A stretch of DNA of 34,636 nucleotides from contig LSCM01000001.1 of the NCBI GenBank assembly GCA_001577185.1, positions 1 to 34,636 on the forward strand. The letters are read 5' to 3'. The DNA comes from Cloacimonetes bacterium TCS62 (GTDB lineage: Bacteria > Cloacimonadota > Cloacimonadia > Cloacimonadales > TCS61). This document shows positions 24,321 to 33,423 of this stretch, one piece after another. Numbering within the stretch: the first letter of the stretch is position 1; each line of letters starts with the position of its first letter. A program made the position numbers and the translations under genes. The notes beneath the pieces are model-generated. The model did no database searches. It was given only the letters and a program-made list of their open reading frames with translations, and was not told where the DNA came from.

Positions 24321-25543
24321 TAAAACAAAAAATCGCTGCAGTCCTTTTTATCATTATTCTTGTTGTAAATTTTATTTTTCTCAAACCTTTTAAAGTAATT
24401 TATATAGATTCGACGAGCGATCTGGAAAACCTATTTTCCACACCTCAAAAAAACATCGAAGTACATCTGGAAGAAGGCATCTACTCTTTGAAGAAGAAAG
24501 TTTTTATAGATTCGAGTTGTGGAAATTGTGAAAATCCGGATACACTGATCACTGCATCAAAAGGACTACAAATCTCTGGGAAGAATGTAAAATTGATCGG
24601 ATCTAAAAACGGAAGAGCGATCATTAAAACCAAGGCAGGATACGGACTATTTATAAAAGATTGTAATAATTGTATTTTAGAAAATCTTGTAATTACAGAA
24701 GGGATTAGAGATACAAATCCTTTTGCTACAGATGCTGCTATTGTTGTTAAAAATAGTGATGTGAGTATTAGAAACAATTTGATCCATAAAAATCTGGGAG
24801 ATTCAAGTATTGTATCCAAAGATATTGTTGGTATCATGGGAATTTGTGGTCGAGAAAATTCTAAACTAAAAATTATTAATAATGAAATATTACGGAATTC
24901 CTGGGACGGCATTACCTTGTATCGAGATGCACAAGCAATTATAAATAACAACATAATTGACGGTATTTCAAGAGATGATGAAAGATATCCATATGGTGGA
25001 AGAGGAGTAGCAATTGGAATTACATGGAATGCTTCTGCAACTATAAAGAATAATTTATTAAAACGATATTGGAAAGGAATTGGACTCTTTGTAAATGCAG
25101 AAGCCGATTTAGAGAAAAATATTATTGAAGATATGACGACCTGGGGAATTTCTCTCTGGGACGCTGGGGAAGGCAACCCAAAAGGAAAGATTAAGAATAA
25201 TATTATCTATAATTGTGGGGCAATGGGAGTTTCTATTTCCTCGTCTACCGAGACAAATCCGGGATATTTCACAAATAACGTTATAGTCGAAACAGCTCAA
25301 GATTCTTCCTATGACTCTGATGAATACTATGGTTACCAATGTGCACTTGCAAAACATTCAATACCGAAAAACTTCATAATCAGCGATAATATTTTCTATA
25401 ATAATCGAGTAATATCTAATAAATTACCAGATTATAATGTTTCAAAAAAAGAGTTTAATCGTATTATGCAGTTAAATAGTGTTTGGATGATGAATATTTC
25501 GCATATTGCCAAATCAAATTTTTATCGAAAATTTATTGAATAA
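24317..25543 (+). CDS. membrane-anchored right-handed parallel beta-helix repeat protein
   Basis: N-terminal TM anchor IAAVLFIIILVVNFIFL. Reiterated roughly 22-25-aa beta-helix-like units (..N..I.NN.I..N...GI.L). Start overlaps the upstream stop in ATGA. Contains a Cys cluster, SSCGNCENPD. Confidence 0.7.
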   Translation: MIKQKIAAVLFIIILVVNFIFLKPFKVIYIDSTSDLENLFSTPQKNIEVHLEEGIYSLKKKVFIDSSCGNCENPDTLITASKGLQISGKNVKLIGSKNGRAIIKTKAGYGLFIKDCNNCILENLVITEGIRDTNPFATDAAIVVKNSDVSIRNNLIHKNLGDSSIVSKDIVGIMGICGRENSKLKIINNEILRNSWDGITLYRDAQAIINNNIIDGISRDDERYPYGGRGVAIGITWNASATIKNNLLKRYWKGIGLFVNAEADLEKNIIEDMTTWGISLWDAGEGNPKGKIKNNIIYNCGAMGVSISSSTETNPGYFTNNVIVETAQDSSYDSDEYYGYQCALAKHSIPKNFIISDNIFYNNRVISNKLPDYNVSKKEFNRIMQLNSVWMMNISHIAKSNFYRKFIE

Positions 25544-25589
25544 ATGATCCTCAAAAAGAACTTCTTTAGTTACTGCAACAATTTAATCG

Positions 25590-26264
25590 TCACCAATCTA
25601 TTTTGATCTCATAAGGGATCGGATCTTTCAGACCTGCTTCTTTAAACGCATTGATTCGCAAAACACAGCTATCGCATTTTCCGCATGCGATTTCATTATT
25701 CTTATAACAGCTCCAGCTATACTCTAAGGGTGCTCCTAATTCTGCACCAAGTTTGATGATCTCTGCTTTTCGTTTATGAATTATTGGGGTTCGCAATTTT
25801 ATATTGGTTTCATCTTTTGTACCTAGATCGATAGCTTTCTCTAGAGCTTTATAAAAACTTTCTCTACAATCGGGATATCCGGAACTATCTTCTTCTACTG
25901 CTCCAATGTAGATTCGATCTGCTTTGATAACTTCAGCCCAACTGGTAGCAATAGTTACTAAATGCGCATTTCTAAAAGGAACATAGGATGATGGGACACC
26001 CGAGCTTTTACAATGATCTTCAACCTCCATTTTATCATCAGTTAAACTAGATCCTCCGATCTGCTGAAGGTAACTCACATCGACTACAAGAACATCCTTG
26101 TACTCGTAAAATTCTTTTATTTGATCAAAACTCTTCATTTCCCTTACTTCTGTTTTTTGCCCATAATTCAAATGCAAAAAAAATAATTCATTACACTCTT
26201 TATTTGCTATCGCGGTTGTTACTAGACTATCCATTCCTCCACTTAACAAAACTATCCCTTTCAT
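25590..26264 (-). CDS. queC: 7-cyano-7-deazaguanine synthase
   Basis: PP-loop VLLSGGMDS and C-terminal zinc cysteines SCYKNNEIACGKCDSCVLR. Confidence 0.92.
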   Translation of the reverse strand: MKGIVLLSGGMDSLVTTAIANKECNELFFLHLNYGQKTEVREMKSFDQIKEFYEYKDVLVVDVSYLQQIGGSSLTDDKMEVEDHCKSSGVPSSYVPFRNAHLVTIATSWAEVIKADRIYIGAVEEDSSGYPDCRESFYKALEKAIDLGTKDETNIKLRTPIIHKRKAEIIKLGAELGAPLEYSWSCYKNNEIACGKCDSCVLRINAFKEAGLKDPIPYEIKIDW

Positions 26265-26305
26265 AATATCCTCTTTTTAAAATTTTTAATAAAAACGTAG
26301 AACGT

Positions 26306-27775
26306 CTAATTTTTGATTTTAGTCAAACTTTCCTTATATTTTTCCAATATTCTCACGGCAGAGCGCATAGAAAGAGGATCAACATAGAGTGTTTGCTGAT
26401 TTTCATAAGTTACAAATCCCGGAGCACTTTTGCGAGGTTTGCGCACATATCTGATCTGAGTGAAATCAACAGGAACGTTTGACGAATTCTTTGCTTTACT
26501 ATAATAAGCAGCTAATCTACAGCATAAAGTCTTCAATTTGGGTGGAAGTTTATTTTTATTTAAGTTCCTTAATAACACATGAGTTCCATGAAATATTCTA
26601 GTGTGAAACCACCAATCATAAGGTTTAGCTAATCTTGTTGTGAGTTGATCGTTCTCTTTACTAGTCCTTCCTATGCAAATTTCCCAATCAGAGTTAATGG
26701 AGATTTTCTTAAATTTAGAACTTTTATTTTTCTTAGGTTTCTTAGTTTTCTTAACTTCTAGGAAATATTCTATTTCTTTGATTTCAAATATCTCCTTCTC
26801 CAGATCTTCTACCTCATTTCTTGATATGATGATCTGTTGAGCAATTTTTCTTTTACCTGATTTTGATTTTCTAAACTTTTTGAAAAAATATTCAATATTT
26901 TGCTGTGCATTTTTATCTTTGTTCAAAGGTATGGTTATAGTGGGAAAATTTTCCTTATAGTAATTTTTGAGTTTGATCTCTTCCATACCATTTTTTATTT
27001 TTTTAAAATTCGCTTTAAGAAGCTCAGCGTAGTGTTCCCATTTTTCAATTTGAAGTGAATCTTTATATTCTAGCTTCAACTTTTCGATCTTTCTTTTTTT
27101 CTTTTTTATCTTTTTTTTAATTTTTTTTATCTTACTTCTTCTTATCTTTTCGTTGCGTTCTACAAAGATCCAGTTATAATAAAATTCATTGAAGAGATCG
27201 TTCATATTATCAAATTGTCTATCAACCTCTGCATTCTCTAGGAATTTTCCTTTTTTCGTAATAGAAATTGGATATTTAACTTCATCTTTAAGAATCTGAT
27301 AATTTGTTTCAGGTGGCTGATACTTAATCCCCGGTAAGATCTGCCTGTGTTTATTCTCCGCAAAACTTATTTTTTTTATACAATCTATAATTTTGCTATC
27401 AAATTTTTGAATTATTATATTTCCGTATCTTGGGATGAGTTCTAAGATCACTTTATATTGTGATTTTTTATTATAAATATCAATTTTTGTAAATAACAAG
27501 CTAATAATTCTATCATTATTAATTTCTAACTTCTCTAATTTACTTTTATTTAAATGCGTATTGAAATTATCTAATTCTGCTCTTTGAGTAAAAGGTAAAA
27601 TGTCGTTATCTGTAAAAAACAGAAATGCTTCTCTGGAAGAAAGCGAAATTTGAAGATAGTTTTTCCAATTGAGAAATTTAATTTTGTATTGATCTTCAAA
27701 CTTAAGGATCTCATCGAAAAATAAATGTTGTTCTTCGTTCTCCGAAACCCATTCTTTTAAATACTTATATTTCAT
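26306..27775 (-). CDS. rqcH: NFACT-family protein (RqcH / FbpA-like ribosome quality control factor), short form
   Basis: N-terminal NFACT-N-like region (ELIPRYGNIII...RQILPGIKYQPP), Lys-rich coiled coil, and NFACT-R/DUF814 hallmark PYDWWFHTRIFHGTHVLLRN...SSNVPVDFTQIRYVRKP. Confidence 0.7.
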   Translation of the reverse strand: MKYKYLKEWVSENEEQHLFFDEILKFEDQYKIKFLNWKNYLQISLSSREAFLFFTDNDILPFTQRAELDNFNTHLNKSKLEKLEINNDRIISLLFTKIDIYNKKSQYKVILELIPRYGNIIIQKFDSKIIDCIKKISFAENKHRQILPGIKYQPPETNYQILKDEVKYPISITKKGKFLENAEVDRQFDNMNDLFNEFYYNWIFVERNEKIRRSKIKKIKKKIKKKKRKIEKLKLEYKDSLQIEKWEHYAELLKANFKKIKNGMEEIKLKNYYKENFPTITIPLNKDKNAQQNIEYFFKKFRKSKSGKRKIAQQIIISRNEVEDLEKEIFEIKEIEYFLEVKKTKKPKKNKSSKFKKISINSDWEICIGRTSKENDQLTTRLAKPYDWWFHTRIFHGTHVLLRNLNKNKLPPKLKTLCCRLAAYYSKAKNSSNVPVDFTQIRYVRKPRKSAPGFVTYENQQTLYVDPLSMRSAVRILEKYKESLTKIKN

Positions 27776-27777
27776 AA

Positions 27778-28521
27778 TTACACTTCATCATTTATTAGTG
27801 AAATCGAACCAGCATAAAATGGCTGGATCATACCCGATTTCATTTGTAGTAATATTGCTCCTTTATTATTTAAGCCTAATACTTTACCTGAAAAACGGTC
27901 AAAACTTGTATCCAAGATAACTTCTTTCCCTTTCAGATAAGAATGTTTTTTATAATATTTTATATCAAAACCATCTTCAATGAATTTTGGTAATTTTTTT
28001 GCAAAATTAGCAAATAACTTACTGATCAGTAATTCATTTTCAATCTTTTTGTTCAAATATAACTGAAGAGATATTGCCTGTTTCTCTATTTCTTTGGGAA
28101 AATTATTAATATTAGTATTTATTCCTATCCCGATCAAGTGGTATTTTTTTGAATTTAGTTTTTCCGATAAAATCCCGGCTAATTTTTTGTTTTCTAAATA
28201 AATATCATTCGGCCATTTAATTTTTAATTTCTTTTTTAATTCCGGGAATAATTCTATTAATGTTTGGTGAATACAAATCCCAGTAAATATCGTAATGTTA
28301 GATTCGACAACCAGCCCGTATAAGCCTGCTGTAGACCAAATACCTCCTTCGGGAGAGTACCAAGAATTGTGATTTCTGCCTTGCCCGGAAGTTTGTTTTT
28401 CGGAAATAATCAAAAAATTCCCACTAATTTCATTTTTCTTTAGCAAATTATGTGCATATTTGAATGTTCCGGTACAGTTTTTTAGTTCAAGAATTTCATC
28501 AAATAATAATATATCTTTCAT
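27778..28521 (-). CDS. birA: biotin--[acetyl-CoA-carboxylase] ligase (no N-terminal HTH domain)
   Basis: QTSGQGRNHNSWYSPEGGIW matches the GRGRxGRxWxSPxG biotin-ligase signature. 247 aa, so catalytic plus C-terminal domains only. Confidence 0.85.
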   Translation of the reverse strand: MKDILLFDEILELKNCTGTFKYAHNLLKKNEISGNFLIISEKQTSGQGRNHNSWYSPEGGIWSTAGLYGLVVESNITIFTGICIHQTLIELFPELKKKLKIKWPNDIYLENKKLAGILSEKLNSKKYHLIGIGINTNINNFPKEIEKQAISLQLYLNKKIENELLISKLFANFAKKLPKFIEDGFDIKYYKKHSYLKGKEVILDTSFDRFSGKVLGLNNKGAILLQMKSGMIQPFYAGSISLINDEV

Positions 28522-28524
28522 AAT

Positions 28525-29565
28525 TTATAATATCAACATCGAATCACCATAACTAAAGAATCGATACCTTTTATCAACAGCAATTTTATAAGCATTCATA
28601 ATGTTTTCATATCCAGCGAAAGCAGAGACAAGCATCATCAGAGTAGATTCTGGCATATGGAAATTTGTGATCAGTCCATCAATAATTTGAAGCTTTTTCC
28701 CTGGATATATAAAAATATCCGTCCAATGAGATCCGGATCTTAATTTACCATTTTCTGCAAAACTTTCTAAAGTTCTTGTAGTAGTTGTACCTACTGCGAT
28801 GATCCTTTGTCCATTTTCCTTTGCTCTGTTCAGTTTATTAGCAGTGAATTTAGAGATCCTGCAATGTTCACTATGCATCTTGTGTTTTTTAATATTATTT
28901 GCTTTCACTGGTCTGAAAGTACCAAGTCCTACATGCAAAACAACTTCACAAATTTCAACCCCTTTAGTTTTGATTTTTGCCAATAAATTCTCTGTGAAAT
29001 GTAATCCTGCTGTCGGAGCTGCAACTGATCCCTGCTTTTGAGCATAGACCGTTTGGTATCTCTTTTTGTCAATATTAGTTGATTCACGTTTAATGTAAGG
29101 TGGTAAAGGCATATTTCCATTTCTCTCGAGATTTTGCCAAAAATCACCTCTCCAGTCAAATTCTACAATCCGATTGCCTTGGTTAGCATAATCTACGATC
29201 CTAGCTCGGAATTGTTCACCAAAAACTACTTCCGCCCCTTTTTTTAATCTTTTCCCAGGTCTGACTAAACACTCCCATCTGGCTGAAGATTTCTGATTTA
29301 ATAGAAAGATCTCGACTTGTGCTCCGGTAGTTTTCTTTCCTAACAATCTAGCCGGAATCACTTTTGTCTTATTCAAAACTAGCATATCTGTCGGCTTTAA
29401 GAAATCAATAACATCACTAAAACTTTTATGATGTATTTTACCAGAAGCTTTTTCCAAACATAATAACCTTGATTTTGAACGTTTATCTTTTGGATATTGA
29501 GCAATTAGCTCTTCTGGTAATTTATACCAGTAGCTACTCTTTTGTGTTAAGGATTTTTTCTGCAT
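28525..29565 (-). CDS. queA: S-adenosylmethionine:tRNA ribosyltransferase-isomerase
   Basis: YKLPEELIAQYP, MPLPPYIKR, AAPTAGLHFT and AVGTTTTRTLES motifs. Confidence 0.93.
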   Translation of the reverse strand: MQKKSLTQKSSYWYKLPEELIAQYPKDKRSKSRLLCLEKASGKIHHKSFSDVIDFLKPTDMLVLNKTKVIPARLLGKKTTGAQVEIFLLNQKSSARWECLVRPGKRLKKGAEVVFGEQFRARIVDYANQGNRIVEFDWRGDFWQNLERNGNMPLPPYIKRESTNIDKKRYQTVYAQKQGSVAAPTAGLHFTENLLAKIKTKGVEICEVVLHVGLGTFRPVKANNIKKHKMHSEHCRISKFTANKLNRAKENGQRIIAVGTTTTRTLESFAENGKLRSGSHWTDIFIYPGKKLQIIDGLITNFHMPESTLMMLVSAFAGYENIMNAYKIAVDKRYRFFSYGDSMLIL

Positions 29566-30283
29566 CTTTTAATATCGCCTTAAAATGTCCAAATATTATC
29601 TTACTGCTCATTCTCACAGGTATCTTATATTCATCTGCAGTGAGCCAAATCTTAATTTTTCCAGTTTGCTTAAAAATAGCTTCTCCTTCAATGATCGGTT
29701 CAACGACAAAACACTCTTTCTCCCCAAGAATCGTATTCAATATCTCCTTCTTAAGAACAATAATATCAGCTGGATAATTTCTTCCGTCAGCTGTAACATT
29801 TATTGTGATCGTATCTCCAACGGAAAGTTCTTTTAAACGCAGGTAATAGAAAGCACTTAATATATCTTGGGTGTTGGGAGGGATCTTGATCTTTTCTTCC
29901 TTGAAATTATTGATTTTCTTTTTGTATTTCATATATATAGTAATATTTTGTTCAGGATAATAAAAGTGAATTCTATGCTGTCTATAACTGCCTTCACTCA
30001 ATTTTTTCGTAAATCTTAAGGTTTCTAAACTTTCTTTTGACCATATCGATTCGATTTTATCCCTTACTTTATAAAAGTTATCGAAAAAATTATTGGTTTT
30101 TGCGATTGATGTTATTTTAAAACTTGGAATTGTATCTTTATAAGCAAAATCTTCAATTTGCAGTTCTGCCTGTCCGGCAGTAATAATACCATATTTAATA
30201 TCAAATGTGAGCTTTTCTCCCACCTCGAAAGCAGCTAAATTCACGAATATTATAGCAATCAGAAATATTAAAAGCAATCTCAA
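29534..30283 (-). CDS. DUF3108-like exported protein
   Basis: Signal peptide MRLLLIFLIAIIFVNLAA, then GEKLTFDIKYGIITAGQAELQI and an all-beta-looking remainder, as I recall for DUF3108. Overlaps the queA start by 32 nt and the upstream barrel gene by 4 nt. Confidence 0.5.
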   Translation of the reverse strand: MRLLLIFLIAIIFVNLAAFEVGEKLTFDIKYGIITAGQAELQIEDFAYKDTIPSFKITSIAKTNNFFDNFYKVRDKIESIWSKESLETLRFTKKLSEGSYRQHRIHFYYPEQNITIYMKYKKKINNFKEEKIKIPPNTQDILSAFYYLRLKELSVGDTITINVTADGRNYPADIIVLKKEILNTILGEKECFVVEPIIEGEAIFKQTGKIKIWLTADEYKIPVRMSSKIIFGHFKAILKDAEKILNTKE

Positions 30284-31344
30284 AATGCTTCTCCCCCGAT
30301 AATTACGGGACTAAAGCCGTAGTCACTGACACAAAAATCAATTCTAAGGTTGAACATATCATCAGGAAATACCGTGATCCGTAAACCAGTTCCATAAGAG
30401 TAACGAAGATTTTTCAAATTGAGATCTTCAGCTTCTTCAAATACTTCTCCTACATCAAAAAAGGCGACGAATCCCAATTTCTTCCAGAGCTTACTTCTAA
30501 ATGGAAAAACTCGATATTCCGCTCTTGAAAAAAGCGATTGTTTGTTGATAAACAGATCATAAGGGAAACCTCTCACCTCACTTCCTAACTTCGGTAGCAT
30601 TAAAGGTACATCTTCGCTAGTGAATTTATAACCAGAAGTTAACGCCAGATTCTGATTTTGTGAAAACGCAAGAAATTTTTTAGCAGTAAATTCCGATTTT
30701 ATATGATCTAAATTTTCTTCAGCCATACTTTTGTAACCAATTATATTATATTCCAACATATGTCCAGAAGTAGAATAAACATCAGAATCACGTGAATCAT
30801 AAGTAATACCTGCACCTAGACCAAATAATTGAGAAATATCCAATCCACAAATATTTTCTTGAACTAATGAACAATCTTCACTAAAATCTATGATATCTGA
30901 ATTATGAAATTCTGAGAGAGCAGTAAAAGACCAATTTTCTGATAGTTTTCTGGTAAATTCAAATTCTACTAAAATATCTTTGGAAGTATACTTTTCCAGC
31001 TCAGCATCAATATTCTGATTGCCGATACCGTAAAATTCTGCCGGCCAATAATCATATTCTATTCTAGGTCTGAATTTATATTTCCCTTCAGGTGAAACTA
31101 ATTTGGTTTCTAATAGGGTATGGAACTGTTTTTTAGTAGTATATGAAGTTTTTAATGTTAACCTCTGTTTTTCTGCCTTTTCAGGATAGTCTTTAAACTG
31201 GAATCTGCTGTAACTTGTTACCCCAAAAAGATACTCTGTGTCATCAGAATAAGAGAACATCGGGAAGGCAGCAATATCCAGACTAATTAGATCAATTGAA
31301 AAAGCATTAAAGAAAAGTATTATCAAAAGAGCCATTTTCCACAT
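30280..31344 (-). CDS. Omp85/surface-antigen (D15) type outer-membrane beta-barrel without POTRA domains
   Basis: C-terminal Omp85 barrel pattern: EVRGFPYD...SRAEYRVFPF...GFVAFFDVGEVF...YSYGTGLRI...LRIDF, ending in ...GGEAF (terminal Phe). N-terminal signal-like segment. Confidence 0.65.
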   Translation of the reverse strand: MWKMALLIILFFNAFSIDLISLDIAAFPMFSYSDDTEYLFGVTSYSRFQFKDYPEKAEKQRLTLKTSYTTKKQFHTLLETKLVSPEGKYKFRPRIEYDYWPAEFYGIGNQNIDAELEKYTSKDILVEFEFTRKLSENWSFTALSEFHNSDIIDFSEDCSLVQENICGLDISQLFGLGAGITYDSRDSDVYSTSGHMLEYNIIGYKSMAEENLDHIKSEFTAKKFLAFSQNQNLALTSGYKFTSEDVPLMLPKLGSEVRGFPYDLFINKQSLFSRAEYRVFPFRSKLWKKLGFVAFFDVGEVFEEAEDLNLKNLRYSYGTGLRITVFPDDMFNLRIDFCVSDYGFSPVIIGGEAF

Positions 31345-32090
31345 TAGAGTTTACCACCTGTGATAAAAAATTCTTCACCAGTAATATAGGAATTCTCCTT
31401 TGATAAAAGGAAATTACTCAATCCAAATAAATCCTCAAAAGTAGCAGACCTTTTTAGTGGAATATTCTTCACTTTTTCTTTGTAATATTCTGCTCTGAAT
31501 CTACGATAACTTTCTGAAAAATGGCTTTCATCTATTTTGATAGGACCCGGTGAAACTGTATTTATAATGATGTTATTTTTGGCTTCTTCAGCTGCAACAG
31601 TCCTGGAAATATTTGCAATGGCAGATTTAGATGCTGCATAAGCAGAGCCTTTCGGTAAACCTATCCGGGATACATTCGAACCAAAAAGAATGATCTTGCC
31701 ATAGCTGTGTTTTCTGAAAACTGGAATCACAACTCGTAAAAGATTAAAGGTTCCGATGATATTCCCCTGAATAATGTCCTGCCAAATCTGTGGATCGGTT
31801 TCTGCTAGTGGTTTGAAATCGTGACTTCTTACGGTTGCTGTGTGAATGATCTTTTCCGGTTGCCATTTAGTTTCTTTCAGCAGTTGCTGAAACTTACTCT
31901 TAAGCAAGGTGAAATTATTTAGATCTGCCTGAATCAATTTCACATTAGGCTTTTCTAATATATCCTTAAGCCTATCTGCTTTATTCCTGATGATCAGAAT
32001 TACATTATCTTGTTTGTCCGCAAATTTCCGGGCAAAATAAGAACCAACATTTCCATTTGCACCACTTATGATTATTGCATTATTCTCCAT
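31344..32090 (-). CDS. short-chain dehydrogenase/reductase (SDR) family oxidoreductase
   Basis: Cofactor motif IISGANGNVGS and catalytic YAASKSA (YxxxK). The stop overlaps the next start (TAATG). Confidence 0.85.
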   Translation of the reverse strand: MENNAIIISGANGNVGSYFARKFADKQDNVILIIRNKADRLKDILEKPNVKLIQADLNNFTLLKSKFQQLLKETKWQPEKIIHTATVRSHDFKPLAETDPQIWQDIIQGNIIGTFNLLRVVIPVFRKHSYGKIILFGSNVSRIGLPKGSAYAASKSAIANISRTVAAEEAKNNIIINTVSPGPIKIDESHFSESYRRFRAEYYKEKVKNIPLKRSATFEDLFGLSNFLLSKENSYITGEEFFITGGKL

Positions 32091-32112
32091 ATTTACCTAT
32101 TCCCAATAATTT

Positions 32113-33282
32113 CTACTCAGCTTTTTTAATAATAGTGTCCAAAATTTTATGAGCTACTTCAAATTTTTCTCCATCATATTTCTTCTGTGAATCCTTGCTA
32201 ATTACAGTAATACATGTTTCATCTTTTCCAGATACTTTAAGATCATTGGCACAAATAAAATCCAAGTTCTTCTCGTTCAATTTTACTATGGCATTTTCCA
32301 CAATATCGTTAGATTCTGCCGCAAAACCAACTAATATTTGTCCATTAGTTCTATTGTCACCAAGTTCTTTTAGAATGTCATTTGTTCTGTTTAGTTCAAG
32401 TTTAAAATTATCGGTTTTTTTTATTTTCTGTTTTGAATATGTTTTAGGTGTGTAATCTGCAACAGCAGCAGTCATGATTGTAATGTCAGCAGCTTCATAC
32501 TCTTTGGAAACGACCTGGTGCATTTCCTCAGCGCTGTAAGCTTCAATAGAATCCAAATATTCGGGTACTTTATCTGAAACACCAGCATAGACTAATTTTA
32601 CATTTGCTCCTCGTATATGTGCTGCTCTGGCAATAGCTAAACCCATTTTTCCACTTGAATAATTTGTTATAAAACGCATAGGATCTATTTTTTCCTGGTT
32701 TGCTCCGGCAGTGACTAAAATATTCTTACCAACAAGATCTTGTTTGTAGCTGATATAAGCAGAAATATAGTAAAATATTTCCTTATTATCAGGATAACGT
32801 CCCTTGCCTTCATAGCCACATGCCAGCATACCAATCTCTGGTTCCATAAATAAATAACCCAGATCAGTAAGTTTAGTTATGTTCTTTTGTACTATCGAAT
32901 TATTGAACATATTTATGTTCATAGCTGGGATAAAAAATACTGGTGATGTAATTGCCATAATCGTTGTAGAAAGAAGATCATCAGCTATACCGGAAGCTAC
33001 TTTACCAATAATATTAGCTGTTGCAGGAGCTATGACTAATAAATCTGCCCAATCTGCTAAAGAGATATGTTCAATGTCAGCTTCTTCATTGAACATTTTA
33101 GTTATTACTGGTTGGTGTGTTATCGATTTAAAAGTAATAGGTTTAACAAACTCACAAGCATTATTTGTCATAATGGTTTTAACAATAGCTCCGGATTTCG
33201 TCAATCTACTAGCTAGATCTACTGCTTTATATGCTGCTATACCGCCGGTAATTCCTAATAATATTTTCTTCCCTCTTAGCAT
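32113..33282 (-). CDS. coaBC: bifunctional phosphopantothenoylcysteine decarboxylase / phosphopantothenate--cysteine ligase
   Basis: Flavoprotein motif KKILLGITGGIAAYKA and CoaB motif RFITNYSSGKMG. The track starts at ATG 33306, but AAGGAG lies 6 nt before ATG 33282 (MLRGKKILLG), which is preferred. Confidence 0.92.
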   Translation of the reverse strand: MLRGKKILLGITGGIAAYKAVDLASRLTKSGAIVKTIMTNNACEFVKPITFKSITHQPVITKMFNEEADIEHISLADWADLLVIAPATANIIGKVASGIADDLLSTTIMAITSPVFFIPAMNINMFNNSIVQKNITKLTDLGYLFMEPEIGMLACGYEGKGRYPDNKEIFYYISAYISYKQDLVGKNILVTAGANQEKIDPMRFITNYSSGKMGLAIARAAHIRGANVKLVYAGVSDKVPEYLDSIEAYSAEEMHQVVSKEYEAADITIMTAAVADYTPKTYSKQKIKKTDNFKLELNRTNDILKELGDNRTNGQILVGFAAESNDIVENAIVKLNEKNLDFICANDLKVSGKDETCITVISKDSQKKYDGEKFEVAHKILDTIIKKAE

Positions 33283-33352
33283 AATATGCTCCTTAAAATC
33301 TTTCATTCAAACAAAATAAGTAGGATTATTTGTAAAGCAATTTTGTTTTTCA

Positions 33353-33381
33353 TTGACACTAATAGTACTATCTTACAGAAT
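33353..33381 (+). promoter_or_regulatory. sigma-70-type promoter candidate for the orphan OMP gene
   Basis: TTGACA (33353-33358), N17, then CAGAAT (33376-33381). Followed by AAGGAGG at 33413-33419 and ATG 33424. Confidence 0.45.
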
Positions 33382-33423
33382 TTGTACAGAGTTGAACTAA
33401 AAAAATTAAAATAAGGAGGAAAT

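Noticed and set aside
24481-25176. 231-aa minus-strand ORF antisense to the beta-helix gene (and the 82-aa ORF 25109-25357)
   Set aside because: No SD or plausible start context and no recognisable motifs. The sense-strand frame has a clear TM anchor and beta-helix repeat periodicity. It is likely a shadow frame kept open by the Asn/Ile/Gly-rich repeat codons.
26265-26305. preQ1 riboswitch in the 41-nt gap upstream of queC
   Set aside because: The minus strand reads ACGTTCTACGTTTTTATTAAAAATTTTAAAAAGAGGATATT. Only a 4-bp ACGT/ACGT stem with a 3-nt loop is possible. There is no 5-bp P1 with a C-containing loop and no AAAAAACTA-type tail pairing. queC appears simply co-transcribed with the upstream NFACT gene.
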